The notes under the pieces: generated by a model | Database searches by the model: none | What the model was told of the DNA's origin: nothing | The model's input: the letters and a program-made list of their open reading frames with translations, nothing else | Origin: a virus | Taxonomy: Duplodnaviria > Heunggongvirae > Uroviricota > Caudoviricetes | IMG/VR virus record: IMGVR_UViG_2671180847_000008 | Length of the DNA stretch: 46,714 bases | Strand: one strand, 5' to 3' | Translations under genes and position numbers: made by a program | Shown: in pieces, positions 39,063 to 46,714 of the stretch | How positions within the stretch are numbered: position 1 is the first letter of the stretch | Layout: the number at the start of each line of letters is the position of its first letter

Positions 39063-39662
39063 ATGCGTAAACTTTATGCCGCCATTTTGTCCGCAGCCAT
39101 TTGTCTGGCCGTATCCGGTGCGCCTGCATGGGCATCTGAACATCAGTCCACGCTGAGCGCGGGGTATCTTCATGCCCGGACCAACGTTCCCGGCAGCGAT
39201 GATCTGAACGGGATTAACGTGAAATACCGTTATGAGTTTACGGACACACTGGGGCTGGTGACGTCATTCAGCTATGCAGGAGACAAGAATCGCCAGCTTA
39301 CCCGTTACAGCGATACCCGCTGGCATGAAGATTCCGTTCGTAACCGCTGGTTCAGCGTAATGGCGGGGCCGTCTGTGCGCGTGAATGAATGGTTCAGCGC
39401 GTATGCGATGGCGGGTGTGGCTTACAGCCGTGTGTCGACTTTCTCCGGGGATTATCTCCGCGTAACTGACAACAAGGGGAAAACGCACGACGTGCTGACC
39501 GGAAGTGATGACGGTCGCCACAGCAACACGTCTCTGGCGTGGGGGGCTGGCGTGCAGTTTAACCCGACCGAATCCGTGGCCATTGATATTGCTTATGAAG
39601 GCTCCGGCAGTGGCGACTGGCGCACTGACGGTTTCATCGTGGGTGTCGGTTATAAGTTCTGA
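39063..39662 (+). CDS. lom: Lom outer-membrane protein (Ail/OmpX family)
   Basis: Signal peptide; C-terminal [25 protein letters not shown] matches lambda Lom as recalled; RBS GAGAGG. Confidence 0.9.
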   Translation: MRKLYAAILSAAICLAVSGAPAWASEHQSTLSAGYLHARTNVPGSDDLNGINVKYRYEFTDTLGLVTSFSYAGDKNRQLTRYSDTRWHEDSVRNRWFSVMAGPSVRVNEWFSAYAMAGVAYSRVSTFSGDYLRVTDNKGKTHDVLTGSDDGRHSNTSLAWGAGVQFNPTESVAIDIAYEGSGSGDWRTDGFIVGVGYKF

Positions 39663-39688
39663 TTAGCCAGGTAACACAGTGTTATGAC

Positions 39689-39716
39689 AGCCCGCCGGTT
39701 CAGGCGGGCTTTTTTG
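39689..39716 (+). terminator. Terminator after lom
   Basis: AGCCCGCC-GGTTCA-GGCGGGCT followed by TTTTT. Confidence 0.85.
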
Positions 39717-39726
39717 TGGGGTGAAT

Positions 39727-42700
39727 ATGGCAGTAAAGATTTCAGGTGTACTGAAAGACGGCGCAGGTAAACCGGTACAGAACTGCACAATCCAGCTGAA
39801 AGCAAAACGTAACAGCACCACGGTGGTGGCGAACACGGTGGCCTCAGAAAATCCGGATGAAGCCGGGCGTTACAGCATGGACGTTGAGTACGGTCAGTAC
39901 AGCGTTATTCTGTTGGTGGAAGGCTTCCCGCCATCGCATGCCGGGACCATCACCGTGTATGAAGACTCACAACCGGGTACGCTGAATGATTTTCTCGGTG
40001 CCATGACGGAGGATGATGTCCGTCCGGAGGCACTGCGCCGCTTTGAACTGATGGTGGAAGAGGTGGCGCGTAACGCGTCCGCAGTGGCGCAGAACACAGC
40101 AGCCGCGAAGAAGTCAGCCAGCGATGCCAGCACATCAGCCCGTGAGGCGGCAACCCATGCGACTGATGCTGCAGGCTCAGCACGTGCAGCCAGCACGTCA
40201 GCCGGACAGGCCGCTTCGTCGGCTCAGTCAGCGTCTTCCAGCGCAGGAACGGCATCAACAAAGGCTACTGAAGCATCAAAAAGTGCTGCCGCTGCAGAGT
40301 CTTCAAAAAGCGCGGCAGCCACCAGTGCCGGTGCAGCGAAAACGTCAGAAACGAATGCCGCAGCATCACAAAAATCTGCGGCCACTTCTGCATCCACCGC
40401 GACCACGAAAGCGTCAGAAGCTGCCACCTCAGCCCGGGATGCGTCGGCTTCAAAAGTGGCGGCAAAATCATCAGAAACGAGCGCAGCCTCGAGCGCCGGC
40501 AGTGCAGCTTCCTCGGCAACGGCGGCAGGAAATTCCGCGAAGGCCGCAAAAACGTCTGAGACGAATGCGGATAACAGCGCACAGGCGGCAGCAGACTCAC
40601 AAACTGCATCGGCAAACTCCGCGACAGCAGCCAAAAAATCAGAAACCAACGCGAAAAATAGTGAGGCAGCAGCAAAGGTCAGCGAAACCAACGCTAAAGC
40701 GTCAGAGAACAAGGCGAAAGAATATCTCGACAAGGTCGGGGGACTCGTCAGCCCGATGACGCAATACGATTGGCCTGTTGTTACTGCTAGTGAGTCTCTT
40801 TACATCAAGATCGCGAAACTTTCCGATCCTGGAGCCAGCAGAAGTCATGTAACGCTAATGGTTACTAACGCTGGTAACTACGGCTCCCCTTACGGAAACA
40901 TTGACTTTATCGAGATCTCGGCGCGCGGTCTGCCTTCTTTGCTTAGTGCGGATAATGTTTCTCGTCATCTGAGTATACGCCGCTTAGGGTCAACCGGGCT
41001 GACCGATAACAACCAGATGCGTTACGGCCTGGTTAAAGGTGACGGCTTTATTGAGGTTTGGGCATTCCAGGGTGCGTTTATTAACGACGCAAAGGTTGCG
41101 GTGCTGGCGCAGACAACACTAAACACAGAATTATACATTCCAGACGGATTTGTTAAGCAAACCGCCGCGCCTTCTGGATATATTGAAGGCAACGTTGTAA
41201 GGATTTACGACCAGGTAAACAAGCCGACTAAAGCAGATTTGGGTCTTTCTAATGCTATGCTTACAGGCGCTTTCGGTCTTGGCGGTAGCGGGATATCAAC
41301 AAACGGCAAGATGAGCGATGTAGAGATCTTAAAAGCTCTGCGTGACAAAGGTGGTCATTTCTGGCGCGGTGATAAGCCGACCGGAAGCACGGCGACCATT
41401 TATAGCCACGGTTCTGGTATATTCTCGCGGTGCGGCGATACGTGGTCAGCGATCAATATCGACTACTCAACCGCGAAGATTAAGATCTATGCCGGCAACG
41501 ATGCCCGGCTTAACAACGGGACTTTTAGCGTCAATGAGCTATACGGCTCGGCAAACAAGCCGTCGAAATCGGATGTTGGACTTGGCAACGTAACGAACGA
41601 TGCGCAGGTAAAAAAAACCGGTGATACAATGACCGGTGACTTGACAATCAAAAAAGGTACACCGTCAGTCTTCCTGCGGGCAGACAGTGGAGTCACCGCT
41701 TTGCGGTTTTATACTGGCGATAACACAGAGCGCGGCATAATCTATGCTGGTCCTAACACTGATTCGCTTGGCGAAGTTCGCATCAGGGCAAAGACAGCAG
41801 GGGGGACATCAGGAGGGGATCTTGTTGTTCGTCACGACGGGAGGGTTGAAGTCCGTGATCTCACAGTAGCGTATAAAATTAAAAGCAGAACGATTGAGAT
41901 TGCAAATACCGACACTGACTCATCGGCAACTACGCTAAGCATCTATGGAGTACAGCACACGCCGTTGGTTTTAACGCGTTCTGGTTCTTCTGAAAATGTG
42001 TCCATTGGGTTTAAGTTAGACAACGTGAACCCAAAGTATCTTGGAATTGATACTAATGGGGATCTGGCTTTTGGTGAGAGTCCTGATCAGAAACAAAACA
42101 GCAAATTGATCACGCAAGCGAAACTCGACAAGGGATTAACGATTGGTGGTCAACTGGCTTTCAAAGGTACGACAGCGTTTTCAGCCGTTGCTACGTTCAG
42201 TGCCGGGATAGCAGGAGCCATCGAGCCGGAAAACATTGACGGCCAGACGGTTAATCTTAACAACCTGACCATCATCAAGTCAGATGCCGGGGCAGTTAAA
42301 TACTATATTTGTCCATCCTCTGCAGGTGGTGCAAATATCACCAACAAGCCTGACGGCGTAACAGGTAACTTTTTGCTCCGTGTTGAATCGACTCGTAAGG
42401 TTAGGGATTCAGATTATGCGAACATACAAACGCTGATTAACAGCGACACAAAACGTATATACGTTCGCTTTGTTGTTAATGGAAACTGGACAGCGTGGAG
42501 TCAGGTTGTTGTTTCCGGATGGAATCAGGATGTAACCGTCAGGTCGTTAACCTCGACGACTCCATCAAAATTAGGTGGCGGGCGGATTGATGTGCTTGGA
42601 AGTACGTCAGATTATGGCAGCATGAATTGTACCGTTCGTGGTGTTGATAGCACTGGAACCAATTCGGCGTGGTCGGTAGGCACATCAGAAAGCACAGGCA

Positions 42701-43506
42701 AAAAGTTGTTCCTGAAAAACCACAGAAGCAGCGCTCAAGTGCTGTTAAATGGCGATGATGGAGCGGTTCAACTACTAAGTGGCACTGTTAACGGTGCTAC
42801 AGCGCAGGCGCTAACCATCAACAAAGATGAGGTTAACTCAACTGCCGATTTAGTAATTAGAAAACAAACAGGGACTGGCAATCGTTTTGCTTTACTTAAT
42901 TCAGGTAATTCAGAACTGCCAGTTAGCATCGCGGTCTGGGGGTCAAGTGATCGACAAAACGTTTTTGAGGTTGCAACGTCTGCTGCGTATCTGTTTTATG
43001 CGCAAAGAACACCAGCAGGCCAGTTGTTTGATGTAAATGGCGCTATTAATTGCACAACGCTGAATCAGTCATCAGACCGCGACCTTAAAGACGATATTCG
43101 CGTTATCAGCGACGCGACGAAAGCAATCCGCAAAATGAACGGTTACACCTACACGCTCAAGGAAAACGGCCTGCCTTATGCTGGCGTTATTGCACAGGAA
43201 GTAATGGAGGCGATACCAGAAGCTGTGGGATCGTTTACTCATTATGGTGAAGAGTTGCAAGGTCCGACCGTTGACGGCAACAAGCTACGCGAAGAAACGC
43301 GCTATCTTAATGTTGACTACGCCGCCGTGACGGGTTTACTTGTTCAGGTCGCCCGTGAAACAGATGATCGCGTTACCGCGCTGGAAGAGGAAAATACAAC
43401 GTTACGTGAAAATCTGGCAACAGCAGGCACCCGGATCACCACTCTGGAAAATCAGGTAAGCGAACTGGTTGCACTTGTCCGGCAGTTAACAGGAAGCGAA
43501 CATTGA
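39727..43506 (+). CDS. stf: Side tail fibre protein with lambda-Stf-like N-terminus and C-terminal intramolecular chaperone domain
   Basis: N-terminus MAVKISGVLKDGAGKPVQNCTIQLKAKRNSTTVV as in lambda Stf; Ala/Ser-rich repeats (40080-40740); C-terminal region NGYTYTLKENGLPYAGVIAQEV plus coiled coil resembles the peptidase-S74 self-cleaving chaperone. Confidence 0.85.
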   Translation: MAVKISGVLKDGAGKPVQNCTIQLKAKRNSTTVVANTVASENPDEAGRYSMDVEYGQYSVILLVEGFPPSHAGTITVYEDSQPGTLNDFLGAMTEDDVRPEALRRFELMVEEVARNASAVAQNTAAAKKSASDASTSAREAATHATDAAGSARAASTSAGQAASSAQSASSSAGTASTKATEASKSAAAAESSKSAAATSAGAAKTSETNAAASQKSAATSASTATTKASEAATSARDASASKVAAKSSETSAASSAGSAASSATAAGNSAKAAKTSETNADNSAQAAADSQTASANSATAAKKSETNAKNSEAAAKVSETNAKASENKAKEYLDKVGGLVSPMTQYDWPVVTASESLYIKIAKLSDPGASRSHVTLMVTNAGNYGSPYGNIDFIEISARGLPSLLSADNVSRHLSIRRLGSTGLTDNNQMRYGLVKGDGFIEVWAFQGAFINDAKVAVLAQTTLNTELYIPDGFVKQTAAPSGYIEGNVVRIYDQVNKPTKADLGLSNAMLTGAFGLGGSGISTNGKMSDVEILKALRDKGGHFWRGDKPTGSTATIYSHGSGIFSRCGDTWSAINIDYSTAKIKIYAGNDARLNNGTFSVNELYGSANKPSKSDVGLGNVTNDAQVKKTGDTMTGDLTIKKGTPSVFLRADSGVTALRFYTGDNTERGIIYAGPNTDSLGEVRIRAKTAGGTSGGDLVVRHDGRVEVRDLTVAYKIKSRTIEIANTDTDSSATTLSIYGVQHTPLVLTRSGSSENVSIGFKLDNVNPKYLGIDTNGDLAFGESPDQKQNSKLITQAKLDKGLTIGGQLAFKGTTAFSAVATFSAGIAGAIEPENIDGQTVNLNNLTIIKSDAGAVKYYICPSSAGGANITNKPDGVTGNFLLRVESTRKVRDSDYANIQTLINSDTKRIYVRFVVNGNWTAWSQVVVSGWNQDVTVRSLTSTTPSKLGGGRIDVLGSTSDYGSMNCTVRGVDSTGTNSAWSVGTSESTGKKLFLKNHRSSAQVLLNGDDGAVQLLSGTVNGATAQALTINKDEVNSTADLVIRKQTGTGNRFALLNSGNSELPVSIAVWGSSDRQNVFEVATSAAYLFYAQRTPAGQLFDVNGAINCTTLNQSSDRDLKDDIRVISDATKAIRKMNGYTYTLKENGLPYAGVIAQEVMEAIPEAVGSFTHYGEELQGPTVDGNKLREETRYLNVDYAAVTGLLVQVARETDDRVTALEEENTTLRENLATAGTRITTLENQVSELVALVRQLTGSEH

Positions 43507-43689
43507 TATCTTTCAAGACCTGAAGGAGGCTGTTCCTGGTACGTTCTGACTGTTGTTGATCTGGAAATTGCAACGGAGGAAGAGAAATCGTTACTGGCCG
43601 CATGGAAGACATATCGGGTGTTGTTGAATCGTGTTGATACATCAACTGCACCTGATATTGAGTGGCCGGAAGAACCAGACACAATGTAA
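43507..43689 (+). pseudogene. 3' remnant of a tail-fibre assembly (tfa) gene
   Basis: No start codon; the last ~45 codons ([42 protein letters not shown]) resemble Tfa C-termini; in frame directly after the stf stop. Confidence 0.55.
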
Positions 43690-43691
43690 GC

Positions 43692-43737
43692 GAAAAAGAA
43701 AAACCGCAGACACGACGTATGCAGGACGTGCTGCGGT
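43692..43737 (-). terminator. Terminator of the dinI-like gene
   Basis: ACCGCAG...CTGCGGT hairpin followed on the minus strand by TTTTTCTTTTT. Confidence 0.65.
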
Positions 43738-43804
43738 TGGCTGGTGAACTTTCGATAGTGCGAGTATTGAATGATTTCCAGCCGTTACCGATTTTACGTG
43801 TTTA

Positions 43805-44053
43805 TTAGTGAACAAACCACTCGTCAGCAGACTCCCAGGTATCTTTCAGAGTCTCCTGAACAAATGTTTTTGCAGAATCTTTATCTGCGGTGCGTGTAAC
43901 AGAAAGCCCATCGTTGCTGGTGGCTTTTACGATCACCTCTACATCGTCATAACGTTTACTGATGCGTCGGGTTAATTCTTCCTTTAACGCATCCACAGCA
44001 CCGTTTGGCATTTTAGTTATTTTTTCTTTGGCTATGCAGATCTCAATACGCAT
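43805..44053 (-). CDS. dinI: DinI-like DNA-damage-inducible protein
   Basis: 82 aa; [11 protein letters not shown]...[16 protein letters not shown] resembles the DinI family; LexA boxes in its promoter. Confidence 0.85.
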   Translation of the reverse strand: MRIEICIAKEKITKMPNGAVDALKEELTRRISKRYDDVEVIVKATSNDGLSVTRTADKDSAKTFVQETLKDTWESADEWFVH

Positions 44054-44066
44054 AAAAGTCCCTCTA

Positions 44067-44114
44067 TACTGTGTTTGTATACAGTATTATTTTTAACTGT
44101 ATGGATAAACAGTG
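44067..44114. promoter_or_regulatory. Two tandem LexA (SOS) boxes in the dinI-like promoter
   Basis: taCTGTgtttgtatACAGta (44067-44086) and aaCTGTatggataaACAGtg (44095-44114); both fit CTGT-N8-ACAG exactly. Confidence 0.85.
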
Positions 44115-45212
44115 TCAAGAGGTCTTATTTCTGCTCCTTTGGAGCTCTTCAAAACGATTATGTAAAGATTTCGGATACAGTTCGGTATATACCTGCCATA
44201 GCACGTTTAATGAACGATGCCCTGTAACCTGAGCGACTTCCTCAATACTAAAACCAGCCTCAAATAAGCGACTTGCCCCTTCTCTACGCAAATCATGGTA
44301 TCGCAGATCTTTAATACCTAATTTGCTTCTTACCCTCTGAAATCCTGCAGTAACAGAAGTGCTGTTATATGGAAAAATGAATTCCGATTTTTTGGGCTGT
44401 CGTTGGACGATATCCCAGGCTTCCCCAAGCAAGGCTACTTTCATGTGGTTGCCTTCCTTTTTGCGTGGATCTTTCCTGTCTCTTACGAGTATAGATTTTT
44501 GTTCCTGGTCGAGATCTTCCCATCGTAACCGGCATACTTCTCCGATCCGCATACAGGACCACACAGAAAATTTGAGGATATCAACGAACGGAATTTTTGA
44601 GCATTTATGAGTAGATCGTTGTTGAAGGCCTTCAATGAGCATGTCCAGTTCATCAGATGCTGGTCTACGATTACGACGGTTTGATTTACCAATCAAACCA
44701 AGTTTAAGTAGATATGGGCGAGCGCTTTTCGCCGGGTTTGATGTGTAATTAATTCCGTATACAGGTTTGGCCGCATCCAGAACACTGCCAAGATAACTAA
44801 CATCGTGGCTGACTGTTGCTGGACCTGCACCAGCGTTGTTTCTTAGCCTGCAATGTTCAATTACGTCATTTTCTGTCAGTTCAGATAGTTTGATCGCGGA
44901 GATGTCACTATCCATAAGCAGTTCCAGCACATATCTTTTAGTACGGCCTGCTTTACCTCCGGCATTTGGGTCATTTAAATATTTGTGTAGTAAGTCACGG
45001 ACTGTAAGTCCGTCAACTGCATTTGATGATGGAATGCCATATAGATCTAATTCCATCACTTTCTGTGTTCCCCATGTTTTGGCATGAGCATGTTTAGGGA
45101 ATGTTTTGCTTTCCCTGTAAGTGATAACACCTTTTTCTTTGATAATCACATTACAGCGATAGCGTGGTGTGCCATCGGATTTTAGTCGTTTCTCTATGTT
45201 ATAGTACGCCAT
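44115..45212 (-). CDS. int: Tyrosine integrase (dusA-targeting type)
   Basis: C-terminal catalytic region with HDLRREGASRLFEAG and VTGHRSLNVLWQVYTELY (His-x-x-Arg, Tyr nucleophile); adjacent to the attachment site in dusA. Confidence 0.9.
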   Translation of the reverse strand: MAYYNIEKRLKSDGTPRYRCNVIIKEKGVITYRESKTFPKHAHAKTWGTQKVMELDLYGIPSSNAVDGLTVRDLLHKYLNDPNAGGKAGRTKRYVLELLMDSDISAIKLSELTENDVIEHCRLRNNAGAGPATVSHDVSYLGSVLDAAKPVYGINYTSNPAKSARPYLLKLGLIGKSNRRNRRPASDELDMLIEGLQQRSTHKCSKIPFVDILKFSVWSCMRIGEVCRLRWEDLDQEQKSILVRDRKDPRKKEGNHMKVALLGEAWDIVQRQPKKSEFIFPYNSTSVTAGFQRVRSKLGIKDLRYHDLRREGASRLFEAGFSIEEVAQVTGHRSLNVLWQVYTELYPKSLHNRFEELQRSRNKTS

Positions 45213-45231
45213 TACACGACCTCGTTATTTC

Positions 45232-45267
45232 GGGTTCCCAGAAAACGTGGGAACCTGTGCGGGAACC
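45232..45267. repeat. GGGAACC repeats between int and the att core (candidate arm-type sites)
   Basis: GGGTTCCC (45232-45239), GGGAACC (45249-45255), GGGAACC (45261-45267); a further GGGAACCC at 1229-1236 lies on the phage side of attL. Confidence 0.4.
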
Positions 45268-45300
45268 TAACGCGAGAAAAATAGCCTGAAATGTTCAAAA

Positions 45301-45410
45301 ATGCACGATAATCCTGAAACACAGAAAACTAATCAAACCAGCGTGATGCCTGAAAAAACTGGCGCTTACTGGAGTTCTCGGTTTAGCATTGCTCCTATGC
45401 TCGACTGGAC
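45301..45410 (+). repeat. attR region: prophage-supplied replacement 5' end of dusA
   Basis: About 80% identical to 1071-1180; encodes a diverged N-terminus ([35 protein letters not shown]) fused in frame to the rest of dusA. Confidence 0.8.
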
Positions 45411-46338
45411 GGACAGACATTGCCGCTATTTCTTGCGTCTGCTTTCCCGCAATACGTTGCTGTATACCGAAATGGTGACCACAGGGGCGATTATTCACGG
45501 TAAAGGTGATTATCTGGCGTACAGTGAAGAAGAACATCCGGTAGCGTTGCAACTGGGCGGTAGCGATCCGGCGGCGCTGGCGCAGTGTGCAAAGCTGGCA
45601 GAAGCGCGCGGATATGATGAGATCAACCTGAATGTCGGCTGCCCGTCTGACCGGGTGCAGAACGGCATGTTTGGTGCGTGTCTGATGGGTAATGCGCAGC
45701 TGGTTGCCGACTGCGTGAAAGCGATGCGCGATGTGGTGTCGATTCCGGTGACGGTGAAAACGCGTATTGGCATCGACGACCAGGACAGCTATGAATTTCT
45801 CTGCGATTTCATCAATACCGTTTCCGGCAAAGGCGAGTGTGAGATGTTCATCATCCACGCACGTAAAGCCTGGCTTTCGGGGTTAAGCCCGAAAGAAAAC
45901 CGTGAAATCCCGCCGCTCGATTATCCGCGTGTGTATCAACTGAAGCGTGACTTTCCGCATCTGACAATGTCGATTAACGGTGGTATCAAGTCGCTGGAAG
46001 AGGCCAAAGCACACCTGCAACATATGGATGGCGTGATGGTCGGGCGCGAGGCGTATCAGAATCCGGGTATTCTGGCGGCGGTAGACCGGGAGATCTTTGG
46101 TTCCTCGGATACCGATGCCGATCCGGTGGCGGTAGTGCGCGCCATGTATCCGTACATTGAGCGTGAACTCAGCCAGGGGACGTATCTCGGCCATATTACC
46201 CGGCATATGTTGGGCTTGTTCCAGGGTATTCCTGGCGCGCGGCAGTGGCGGCGTTATTTAAGTGAAAATGCCCATAAAGCGGGTGCAGACATTAATGTGC
46301 TGGAACACGCGCTCAAACTGGTGGCGGATAAGCGTTAA
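45301..46338 (+). CDS. dusA: tRNA-dihydrouridine synthase A (chimeric: phage-derived first ~35 codons)
   Basis: Full-length 345-aa ORF of the Dus family with catalytic Cys region (NLNVGCPS); promoter and 5' end lie in prophage DNA. Confidence 0.9.
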   Translation: MHDNPETQKTNQTSVMPEKTGAYWSSRFSIAPMLDWTDRHCRYFLRLLSRNTLLYTEMVTTGAIIHGKGDYLAYSEEEHPVALQLGGSDPAALAQCAKLAEARGYDEINLNVGCPSDRVQNGMFGACLMGNAQLVADCVKAMRDVVSIPVTVKTRIGIDDQDSYEFLCDFINTVSGKGECEMFIIHARKAWLSGLSPKENREIPPLDYPRVYQLKRDFPHLTMSINGGIKSLEEAKAHLQHMDGVMVGREAYQNPGILAAVDREIFGSSDTDADPVAVVRAMYPYIERELSQGTYLGHITRHMLGLFQGIPGARQWRRYLSENAHKAGADINVLEHALKLVADKR

Positions 46339-46420
46339 CTTTTCACCAAAAAGTAGTCAAATTCACCACGCCCTGCGCACCGTCGCGGGGCGTTTTGCTG
46401 TTAAATCAATAGATTATTTT

Positions 46421-46436
46421 TGGCATGATTCTTGTA
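46421..46436 (+). promoter_or_regulatory. Possible sigma54-type promoter element upstream of pspG
   Basis: TGGCATG-N4-TTGT resembles the -24/-12 consensus TGGCAC-N5-TTGC, with an imperfect -12. Confidence 0.3.
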
Positions 46437-46471
46437 ATGCCAGCAAGAGATTTCATATTTGGGAGAGCATC

Positions 46472-46714
46472 ATGCTGGAACTACTTTTTGTGATTGGCTT
46501 TTTTGTCATGCTGATGGTCACCGGCGTTTCGTTGCTGGGCATTATCGCCGCGCTGGTTGTGGCGACGGCCATTATGTTCCTCGGCGGTATGCTGGCATTG
46601 ATGATTAAGTTGCTGCCGTGGTTACTACTGGCGATTGCGGTGGTGTGGGTTATTAAGGCGATTAAAGCACCAAAAGTGCCGAAATATCAGCGTTATGACC
46701 GCTGGCGTTACTAA
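46472..46714 (+). CDS. pspG: Phage shock protein G (small inner-membrane protein)
   Basis: 80 aa, two hydrophobic helices; MLELLFVIGFFVMLMVTGVSLLGIIAALVV...QRYDRWRY; directly downstream of dusA as in E. coli K-12. Confidence 0.85.
   Translation: MLELLFVIGFFVMLMVTGVSLLGIIAALVVATAIMFLGGMLALMIKLLPWLLLAIAVVWVIKAIKAPKVPKYQRYDRWRY

Larger units (their letters stand above)
1175..45404. mobile_element. Lambdoid prophage (~44 kb) integrated in the 5' end of dusA
   Basis: Bounded by the two diverged dusA 5' copies; contains integrase, repressor/cro, replication, Q, lysis, cos/terminase, head and lambda-like tail genes in canonical order. Confidence 0.9.

Noticed and set aside
39894-40759. Several overlapping ORFs on both strands (for example 40124-40759 plus, 40224-40733 minus, 39950-40261 minus)
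   Set aside because: They lie inside the Ala/Ser-rich repeat of the tail-fibre gene; the repetitive GC-rich sequence keeps alternative frames open by chance.
43436-43684. Minus-strand ORFs of 82 aa and 76 aa
   Set aside because: Overlap the stf 3' end and the tfa remnant, which is coding-like on the plus strand; no RBS.
1-46714. CRISPR arrays, rRNA or tRNA genes
   Set aside because: No regularly spaced repeat-spacer array and no tRNA- or rRNA-like sequence was seen by eye; integration is into a protein-coding gene (dusA), not a tRNA.

Overview
The window is a host-prophage-host segment of an Escherichia coli-type chromosome: a complete ~44 kb lambdoid prophage (about 1175-45404) inserted into the 5' end of dusA. 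All calls below are from reading the sequence and the ORF track by eye, with protein families recognised from memory; no database search was run. Left flank: a yjbM-like host gene (1-708) and the displaced native dusA 5' end (1071-1180). Right flank: intact dusA (45301-46338), whose first ~100 nt are a diverged, prophage-supplied copy, then pspG (46472-46714). Prophage layout: cargo ORFs and an excisionase-like gene next to attL; a leftward early operon (DnaQ-like exonuclease, DUF551 and Ea22-like proteins, YfdR/YfdQ/YfdP-like genes); a cI-like repressor and cro with divergent promoters and TTGC-N7-GCAA operator-like sites; a rightward early operon (Rha, replication initiator with internal iterons, PerC-like, Dam-like methylase, LexA-DBD-only protein, RusA, KilA-N, DUF968, Q antiterminator); a moron island between Q and the lysis genes; a phage-21/DLP12-type lysis cassette; a lambda-like cos site, terminase, head genes and a tail module closely resembling lambda V-G-T-H-M-L-K-I-J; lom; a side tail fibre; a dinI-like gene behind tandem LexA boxes; and a tyrosine integrase. 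No CRISPR array, rRNA or tRNA was seen. The best candidates for undescribed biology are the phage-borne LexA DNA-binding-domain-only protein together with the LexA-box-controlled dinI-like gene, the att-proximal cargo pair (GNAT-like ORF plus a 57-aa ORF), the Q-to-lysis moron island with an antisense lipoprotein, the ~600 bp untranslated early-left leader in a phage with no visible N gene, and an extra ORF inside the lysis cassette.
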